A stretch of 64,000 nt of DNA from Gemmatimonadales bacterium (GTDB taxonomy: Bacteria; Gemmatimonadota; Gemmatimonadetes; Gemmatimonadales; GWC2-71-9): positions 4,184 through 68,183 of the forward strand of contig DATGVZ010000101.1 in NCBI GenBank assembly GCA_035299765.1. Reading direction: 5' to 3'. Within the stretch, counting starts at the first letter, position 1. Each line of letters begins with the position of its first letter. The position numbers and the translations under genes were made by a program. Under the pieces are notes generated by a model that saw only the letters and a program-made list of their open reading frames with translations, had not been told where the DNA came from and made no database searches. Positions 57,989-64,000 of the stretch are shown piece after piece.

Positions 57989-59098
57989 ATGTCGCACAAA
58001 GTTTCGTCGAGTGAAGTGCTGGTCGCGGGAGGGGGAATCATCGGTGCGGCGTGCGCCCGCGCTGCCGCGCTTGCCGGACTCCGCGTAGCAATCTGCGAAC
58101 CCGGCCCCGAACCCGCCGCCGCCTCAGCCGCGTCGGCCGGCATCCTCGGCGCGCAAATCGAACGGACGGACGAGTCGCTCCGCGCGTTGGGCCTGCGGGG
58201 CCGCGACCTCTATGGAAGCCTCGCCGCCTCACTAATCGAAACCACCGGCATCGATATCGGGCTGTGGCGCGAGGGGATCGCGTCCCTGGCATTCGACGAA
58301 TCGGAGGCGGAGCGCCTGCGGGATGCGGTCGCCCACCAGAGACAGGCCGGACTGCGCTGCGATTGGCTCGAGGCCCGCGATGTCGCCGAGCGCTTTCCCG
58401 CGGCGGCACCCTGTCTGGGCGCGCTGTTCGCGCCCGAAGACGGTGCAGTGCACGCGCCCCAGCTCGCGCGCGCGCTGCTCGCCGATGCGAAGCGCCGCGG
58501 CGTGGTCGTGGTCGCAGCGCGCGTGCAGCGGATCAACACCATCCTCGGGCGTGCGACGGCGGTGGAAACGTCCGCAGGCAAGATAAAAGCTGAGCACGTC
58601 ATCATCGCCGCCGGAGCCTGGTCGCCTCGCATCGAGCATCTCCCGCGCGCCTTACCGGTTGAACCGGTTCGCGGGCAAATGGCGGCGCTGCCATGGCCCG
58701 CCGGCGTGCCGCGCGCGATCCTGTACTACGATCACGGATATGTTGTCGCGCGAGACGGCGAAGCGCTCATGGGCAGCACGATGGAACACGTTGGATTCGA
58801 CCACAGTGTCACCGACTCAGGGCTCGAGGACATCCTCGCAAATGCCACGCGACTGTTTCCCGCGCTCGCCTCCCGCGGGCCCATGCGCAGCTGGGCGGGC
58901 CTGCGGCCCGTGACGCCGGATGGCCGTCCGATCGTCGGCGCCGATCCGGATGTGAGAGGCCTGTGGTATGCGACCGGACATGGGCGCAACGGCGTTTTGT
59001 TGGCCGCCCTGACCGGCGAGATCATTGCAAGCCTCGTGACGACAGGAACATCCGAGATAGAGATTGCTTCTCTCGCCCCGGAACGCTTTACTTCCTAA
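57989..59098 (+). CDS. FAD-dependent oxidoreductase (glycine oxidase ThiO-like, DAO family)
   Basis: Rossmann 'VLVAGGGIIGAACA', C-terminal 'LWYATGHGRNGVLLA'. Confidence 0.8.
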   Translation: MSHKVSSSEVLVAGGGIIGAACARAAALAGLRVAICEPGPEPAAASAASAGILGAQIERTDESLRALGLRGRDLYGSLAASLIETTGIDIGLWREGIASLAFDESEAERLRDAVAHQRQAGLRCDWLEARDVAERFPAAAPCLGALFAPEDGAVHAPQLARALLADAKRRGVVVVAARVQRINTILGRATAVETSAGKIKAEHVIIAAGAWSPRIEHLPRALPVEPVRGQMAALPWPAGVPRAILYYDHGYVVARDGEALMGSTMEHVGFDHSVTDSGLEDILANATRLFPALASRGPMRSWAGLRPVTPDGRPIVGADPDVRGLWYATGHGRNGVLLAALTGEIIASLVTTGTSEIEIASLAPERFTS

Positions 59099-59120
59099 CT
59101 GTCTTCAGCATTGTAGCGTC

Positions 59121-60122
59121 GTGTTTCGTACTTGTGCCTTCTGCAACGCGTCGTTCGACGGCGACGGCGGTCCATCCGGTCTGGGGGTGGGCCGTCGGAT
59201 TGCATTTGACGAGTGGAAGGGCCGGTTGTGGGTCGTTTGCCCGCGCTGCAGTCGTTGGAATCTCACACCATTCGATGATCGGTTGGAGCGAATCGAGGCC
59301 GTCGCCCGCGTGGCGAGCCTCGGCCGCGTGGCGGCGTCCACCGCGCAAGTCTCGCTGATTCGCTGGCAGCGATATGACCTCGTGCGCGTCGGTAAACCGC
59401 CACGTGTAGAGCTCGCCACCTGGCGCTACGGCGAGCGCTTGCGGAACCGCCAGCGCGAGCGCATGAAAGTCGTTGTGCCCCTGACCGTCGCCGCGATCGG
59501 CCTCGGTATCGCTGCGAACGTGGCGGCGGGTGGTGGCTTCGGCCTGGTCGTGTGGAACGTCCATCGCGCCGTCGATTGGTTCTATCTCCGCCTGCTTGGC
59601 AGTCGCAAAGTCTCGATGATCGAGGCACCCATTTGCGCGCATTGCGGCAGCGTGATGGAGCTCCGCGCCCGTCACGTGCAACACGCGCGCGTGGTTCCGG
59701 ACGCGCACGCCGACATGGCGGTGCTGCTGAGCTGCCCGCGCTGTCGCCAGGAGGGCGCGCAGCTCACCGGTACCGCGGCGATTCAGGTGCTGAGGCAAGG
59801 ATTGCCGTACCTGAACGTGATTCGCCGTGGCGGCAAACGCGCCGAGGATGCCGCACGCGAAGTGGATCAAGTCGGCGGGCCCGAATGGCTCGTCCGCGAT
59901 GTCGCGTATCGTCAGACGACGCTCCGAGCACTTCGTCCCGAGCGGCGGCTCGCGCTCGAAATGGCGGTCGATGAGCAGGCAGAGGCCCAGGAGTTGGAGC
60001 GGCAGTGGCGGGAAGCGGAAGAGATTGCCGACATCGCGGACGGAACGCTCAGCACGTCGGCCGAGATCGAGGAGAAACTTCGGCACCTGAAAAACAATGG
60101 CGGTGATCAACCGTCCGGTTGA
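59121..60122 (+). CDS. hypothetical membrane protein with two zinc-ribbon-like CxxC pairs and an acidic coiled-coil tail
   Basis: 'CAFCNASF...CPRCSRWN', TM 'VVVPLTVAAIGLGIAANVAAGGGFGLVVW', 'CAHCGS...CPRCRQEG'. GTG at 59121 (residue 20 of track ORF). Confidence 0.5.
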   Translation: MFRTCAFCNASFDGDGGPSGLGVGRRIAFDEWKGRLWVVCPRCSRWNLTPFDDRLERIEAVARVASLGRVAASTAQVSLIRWQRYDLVRVGKPPRVELATWRYGERLRNRQRERMKVVVPLTVAAIGLGIAANVAAGGGFGLVVWNVHRAVDWFYLRLLGSRKVSMIEAPICAHCGSVMELRARHVQHARVVPDAHADMAVLLSCPRCRQEGAQLTGTAAIQVLRQGLPYLNVIRRGGKRAEDAAREVDQVGGPEWLVRDVAYRQTTLRALRPERRLALEMAVDEQAEAQELERQWREAEEIADIADGTLSTSAEIEEKLRHLKNNGGDQPSG

Positions 60123-60168
60123 AAAACGGGCTACCCTGCGTTCTTAGCTACGACTATCTTCGATTCCC

Positions 60169-61089
60169 ATGGCTGCACCGCTCGTCCAGATCATGCCCCC
60201 GCCCCCACCTCCTGCTCCCGCCGCGGGCGAGAGCGCGCGTAAGCCCTCCTGGCTAAAGGTCAAAGCGCCCGGCGGGCCGAACTACCTGACCCTGAAGCAC
60301 ATGATGCGGGACCTGCGGCTGCATACGGTGTGTGAAGAAGCCCATTGTCCCAACATCGGGGAGTGCTGGGAGCACCGCGCCGCGACGTTCATGATCCTCG
60401 GGGACGTCTGCACGCGGAATTGCGCCTACTGCGCGGTCGCGCATGGGACTCCCGCTCCGCTGGACGTCGGCGAGCCCCAGCGTCTGACCGATGCAGTCGC
60501 GCAGATGGAACTCAAGCACGTCGTCATCACCAGCGTGGATCGCGATGACTTGCCGAACGGGGGAGCAGAAGTATTCGCCGCGTGTATCGCGGAAATTCGT
60601 CGCCGGCTTCCCGCGACCTCGATCGAGGTGCTGATTCCTGACTTCAAAGGCAACCCCGAAGCACTCCGCATCATTGTCGCCGCGCGACCCGACATCCTCA
60701 ATCACAACCTCGAGACCATTGCCCGCCTCTATCGCATCGCGCGGCCGGGCGGCCGCTACACCCGCGCGCTCGAGCTATTGCGGACCGCGAAGGAAATGAA
60801 CCCCGACCTCCTTACGAAATCCGGCGTGATCTGCGGACTGGGAGAGGAATGGGATGAGCTGCTCGTCGCGATCCGCGATTTGCGTGCCCAAGGCGTCGAC
60901 ATCATCACACTAGGTCAATACCTGCGTCCTTCGGAGCAGCATCTGCCGATCGCGCGCTGGTACACTCCCGATGAGTTCACCGAATTGAAGCGCTACGGAA
61001 TGTCGCTCGGCTTCCGTCATGTCGAGTCGGGACCGCTGGTGCGCTCCAGCTATCACGCCTGGGAACAAGTCGAGGCAGCAACCTCATGA
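60169..61089 (+). CDS. lipA: lipoyl synthase
   Basis: 'CEEAHCPNIGECW' auxiliary cluster, radical-SAM 'CTRNCAYCAV', 'RSSYHA'. Confidence 0.95.
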   Translation: MAAPLVQIMPPPPPPAPAAGESARKPSWLKVKAPGGPNYLTLKHMMRDLRLHTVCEEAHCPNIGECWEHRAATFMILGDVCTRNCAYCAVAHGTPAPLDVGEPQRLTDAVAQMELKHVVITSVDRDDLPNGGAEVFAACIAEIRRRLPATSIEVLIPDFKGNPEALRIIVAARPDILNHNLETIARLYRIARPGGRYTRALELLRTAKEMNPDLLTKSGVICGLGEEWDELLVAIRDLRAQGVDIITLGQYLRPSEQHLPIARWYTPDEFTELKRYGMSLGFRHVESGPLVRSSYHAWEQVEAATS

Positions 61090-62081
61090 CCGCTACCGCC
61101 CGCAGTCCCAAGGACACGACGCAAGCCGAGCTGCACGTCAAGATGCTGCGGCAGATGTTGCTGATCCGGCGCTTCGAGGAGAAGGCAGCGGAAGCGTACG
61201 CCCTCGGCAAGATTGGTGGCTTCTGCCATCTCTACATCGGGCAGGAGGCCGTCGGTGTTGGGGCGCTGGCCGCGTTGCGTGACGACGACTACGTCATCTC
61301 CTCGTACCGCGAGCATGGCCAGGCACTCATCAAGGGCATCTCCCCGAACGCAGTGATGGCGGAGCTGTTCGGCAAGGCCACGGGCTGCTCGAAGGGCAAA
61401 GGCGGCTCGATGCATCTGTTCGACGTGAACCGCCGTTTCATGGGCGGGCATGGGATCGTCGGCGGCCACATTCCGCTCGCGGCGGGACTCGGTTTCGCGA
61501 TCAAGTACAAAGGCGGCGATCAGGTCTGCGTGTGCTTCTTCGGCGAAGCCGCGGTGAACATCGGCGCGTTTCACGAGACGCTGAACATGGCGTCGGTTTG
61601 GAAACTGCCGGTGATTTTCCTCTGCGAGAACAATCGCTACGGCATGGGGACCGCGTTCGAGCGCGTGGCGGCGGTGACCGACATCGTCGAGCACGCCTGC
61701 AGCTACGACATGGCGGCGGAGCTGGTCGACGGGATGAACGTGCTGACCGTCTACGACGCGACGCGGCGCGCAATCGAGCGGGCCCGCAAGCACAGCCATC
61801 CGACGCTGCTCGAAGTCCGCACCTATCGCTACATGGGCCACTCCATGTCCGATCCCCTCCACGGCGTCTACCGGACCAAGGATGAAGTGGAGGAACAGAA
61901 GGCCCGCGACCCCATCACGCATCTCGCCGGGAGGCTGAAAGAGGAAGGCGTGATCGATCAGGCGGCGCTCGACGCGATGGATGCCGAGATCCATGCCGAA
62001 GTCGAGGAGGCCGTGAAATTCGCCGACGAGAGTCCCGATCCCGAACCGGACGAGCTCTTCACCGACGTGTTGGTCGACTGA
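61086..62081 (+). CDS. pdhA: pyruvate dehydrogenase (acetyl-transferring) E1 alpha subunit
   Basis: TPP motif 'FFGEAAVNIGAFHETLNMASVWKLPVIFLCENNRYGMGT', 'YRYMGHSMSDP'. ATG overlaps the lipA stop. Confidence 0.93.
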   Translation: MTATARSPKDTTQAELHVKMLRQMLLIRRFEEKAAEAYALGKIGGFCHLYIGQEAVGVGALAALRDDDYVISSYREHGQALIKGISPNAVMAELFGKATGCSKGKGGSMHLFDVNRRFMGGHGIVGGHIPLAAGLGFAIKYKGGDQVCVCFFGEAAVNIGAFHETLNMASVWKLPVIFLCENNRYGMGTAFERVAAVTDIVEHACSYDMAAELVDGMNVLTVYDATRRAIERARKHSHPTLLEVRTYRYMGHSMSDPLHGVYRTKDEVEEQKARDPITHLAGRLKEEGVIDQAALDAMDAEIHAEVEEAVKFADESPDPEPDELFTDVLVD

Positions 62082-62084
62082 GCG

Positions 62085-63065
62085 ATGGCGACGCTCACCT
62101 ATCGGGATGCGTTGAACCAGGCACTGCGCGAAGAAATGCAGCGCGATCCCAACGTCTTCCTGATGGGCGAGGAGGTCGGCGTCTATCAGGGCGCCTACAA
62201 GGTGAGCCGGGGACTGCTGGAAGAATTCGGGCCGCAGCGGATCGTGGACACGCCGATTGCCGAATTGGGCTTTGCCGGCATCGGAGTGGGCGCCGCGATG
62301 GGTGGTCTCAGGCCCGTGATCGAGTTCATGACGTGGAACTTCGCGGTGCTGGCGCTCGATCAAATCGTCAATTCAGCCGCCAAGATGCTCTACATGTCCG
62401 GCGGCCAGATTCCCATGCCGATCGTGTTCCGCGGACCCAATGGCGCCGCGCTGCAGCTCTCGTCGCAACACTCACAGGCCTGGGACAGCTGGCTCTCGCA
62501 CATCCCCGGACTGAAAGTCGTCGCGCCCGCGACCCCCGCTGATGCCAAGGGTCTCCTCAAGTCGGCGATCCGGGACAACAATCCAGTCATCGTGCTCGAA
62601 GGCGAGATGCTGTATAACATCAAGGGCGACGTCCCCGATGGCGAGCACATCGTCCCGATCGGGCGCGCGGACATCAAGCGCGAGGGCTCTGATGTGACGC
62701 TCGTCTGTCACTCGAAAACCCTGACGGTGGCCGTCAAAGCCGCCGAGCAGCTCGCCGAACAGAATGTCTCCGCGGAAGTCCTGGACCTGCGCTCGCTGCG
62801 GCCGCTCGATGAAGCCGCGATTCTCGAGTCGGTCGCCAAGACGAACCGCGCGGTCGTCGTAGAGGAGGGCTGGCCGCACGCCGGCATTGGCGCGCAGATC
62901 GTGGACTTGATTCAGCGCGATGCGTTCGACGATCTCGATGCGCCGGTGCAGCGCGTCACGCAGGCCGACGTGCCGATGCCGTACAACAAGGTGCTCGAGC
63001 GCGCGGCCAAGGCGTCGCCCGAGAAGGTCGTCGCGGCCGCGCGGCGCGTGCTGTACCTCGAGTAA
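62085..63065 (+). CDS. pdhB: pyruvate dehydrogenase E1 beta subunit
   Basis: 'FLMGEEVGVYQGAYKVSRGL...RIVDTPIAE.GFAGIGVGAAM.GLRP', with a transketolase-like C-terminal domain. Confidence 0.93.
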   Translation: MATLTYRDALNQALREEMQRDPNVFLMGEEVGVYQGAYKVSRGLLEEFGPQRIVDTPIAELGFAGIGVGAAMGGLRPVIEFMTWNFAVLALDQIVNSAAKMLYMSGGQIPMPIVFRGPNGAALQLSSQHSQAWDSWLSHIPGLKVVAPATPADAKGLLKSAIRDNNPVIVLEGEMLYNIKGDVPDGEHIVPIGRADIKREGSDVTLVCHSKTLTVAVKAAEQLAEQNVSAEVLDLRSLRPLDEAAILESVAKTNRAVVVEEGWPHAGIGAQIVDLIQRDAFDDLDAPVQRVTQADVPMPYNKVLERAAKASPEKVVAAARRVLYLE

Positions 63066-63071
63066 GCGCCG

Positions 63072-64000
63072 ATGGCTACCAAAGTCCACATGGAGGCACT
63101 CTCGCCCACGATGGAGGAAGGGCGACTCGTGAAGTGGACGAAGCACGAAGGCGACGCGGTGAAGTCGGGCGATACGCTCGCCGAAGTCGAAACCGATAAA
63201 GCCATCATGGAGCTGGTGGCGCGGGCGGATGGCCAGCTGATCAAAGTCGTCGTACCCGAAGGCAGCACGGTGCCCGTCGGAAACGTCGTCGCGTGGATTG
63301 GGAAGCCTGGTGAGAAGGTCGATGGTGCGCGGGAAGACAAACCTGCGCCGACGCCAACCATGTCCCCTCGAGCTGCGGCGCCGCCTCCATCACCGGCACA
63401 GTCGACACCCGTCACTCCGCCTGCCGCGACGCGGGTGAAGGCATCACCACTCGCGAAGCGAATGGCGAAGGACGCGGGCGTTGACCTGAAACTGGTGCAG
63501 GGCTCCGGTCCGGGCGGTCGGGTCGTCAAACGCGATGTGGAGCGTGCGCCGGCCGTGCAGGCGGCGACCGCTCCAGCCTCCGCTAGCCCGCGCACCGCTG
63601 ACCGCGCACCGCGCACCGGTGTCCCGTACGAGGACGTCCCCCTCACCCAGATCCGCAAGACGATCGCCAAGCGGCTCGCGGCCTCGCTTGGGCCGGTGCC
63701 GCACTTCTTCCTCACGACCGAGATCGACATGGAGCGCGCCGCCGAGGCTCGCGAGGCGCTCAACAAGCAGCTCGGTGAAGAGGGGGGGGGCGGAGGGAGC
63801 GGGGGGGGCGGAAAGATTTCGTTCAACGACATCATCATCAAAGCGGTCGCATTGGCGTTGGTGCACCATCGGGCGTGCAACGCCTGGTTCCAGGAAGACC
63901 ACATTCGGTACTGGAACGAAGTGCACATCGGCATGGCGGTCGCCATCGAAGACGGCCTCATCACGCCGGTGATTCGCAATGCGGACCTGAAATCGTTGAG
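63072..64000 (+). CDS. dihydrolipoamide acetyltransferase E2, 5' partial (continues past window end)
   Basis: Hand-translated. Lipoyl domain 'LAEVETDKAIMEL', PSBD 'ASPLAKRMAKDAGVDLKLVQGSGPGGRVVKRDV', and the catalytic domain start 'VPLTQIRKTIAKRL'. No stop occurs before 64000, so it is absent from the track. Confidence 0.9.
   Translation, partial: MATKVHMEALSPTMEEGRLVKWTKHEGDAVKSGDTLAEVETDKAIMELVARADGQLIKVVVPEGSTVPVGNVVAWIGKPGEKVDGAREDKPAPTPTMSPRAAAPPPSPAQSTPVTPPAATRVKASPLAKRMAKDAGVDLKLVQGSGPGGRVVKRDVERAPAVQAATAPASASPRTADRAPRTGVPYEDVPLTQIRKTIAKRLAASLGPVPHFFLTTEIDMERAAEAREALNKQLGEEGGGGGSGGGGKISFNDIIIKAVALALVHHRACNAWFQEDHIRYWNEVHIGMAVAIEDGLITPVIRNADLKSL
63782..63811. repeat. G9-C-GGAGGGAGC-G8-C-GG block (codes GGGGGSGGGG loop in E2)
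   Basis: Read directly as 'gggggggggcggagggagcggggggggcgg'. Confidence 0.95.

Overview
This is a very GC-rich, tightly packed bacterial chromosomal segment. The protein repertoire looks Gemmatimonadota-like, but I cannot verify that. I call about 65 protein-coding genes. I found no rRNA, tRNA, CRISPR array, transposase, integrase or prophage genes by eye. The content is mostly core metabolism and maintenance:
- DUF721/DciA-gyrB, ligA, and the TldD/PmbA pair.
- A pterin operon: PTPS, GTP cyclohydrolase I and an SDR.
- The glycine-cleavage genes gcvH and gcvP with a lipoate ligase-like gene.
- A Dpp/Opp-type peptide ABC transporter plus a POT transporter.
- A TonB-dependent receptor cluster, and a hybrid histidine kinase with glycosyltransferases.
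- lipA followed by pdhA, pdhB and E2.

About 20 gene junctions are 1-4 nt start/stop overlaps (ATGA, GTGA, TTGA), so most genes sit in translationally coupled operons. Most track ORFs carry spurious 5' extensions, which I trimmed using motifs and these overlaps.

The most notable features are:
1. A seven-gene overlap-coupled minus-strand operon (26967-18261) holding an archaeal-type NurA-HerA-Mre11/SbcD-Rad50/SbcC end-resection module, flanked by an O-methyltransferase and a double-GNAT acetyltransferase.
2. A dispersed (G8C)n homopolymer block inserted into linkers of unrelated genes, always G-rich on the + strand. One copy sits directly after the herA start codon.
3. A gene-decay patch at 29.4-31.9 kb: an S58/DmpA-type peptidase pseudogene, a catalytically degenerate DEAD-box/DbpA-like gene, and two orphan gene tails.
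4. A eukaryote-type (Cx5HGH) PTPS operon suggesting tetrahydrobiopterin-like pterin synthesis.
5. An FmdB zinc-ribbon ORF separated by a single in-frame TGA from a PspA/IM30-like ORF that lacks a canonical start.

I found no clearly self-contained novel multi-gene system beyond these. All functional calls rest on motif recognition by eye and need profile searches.
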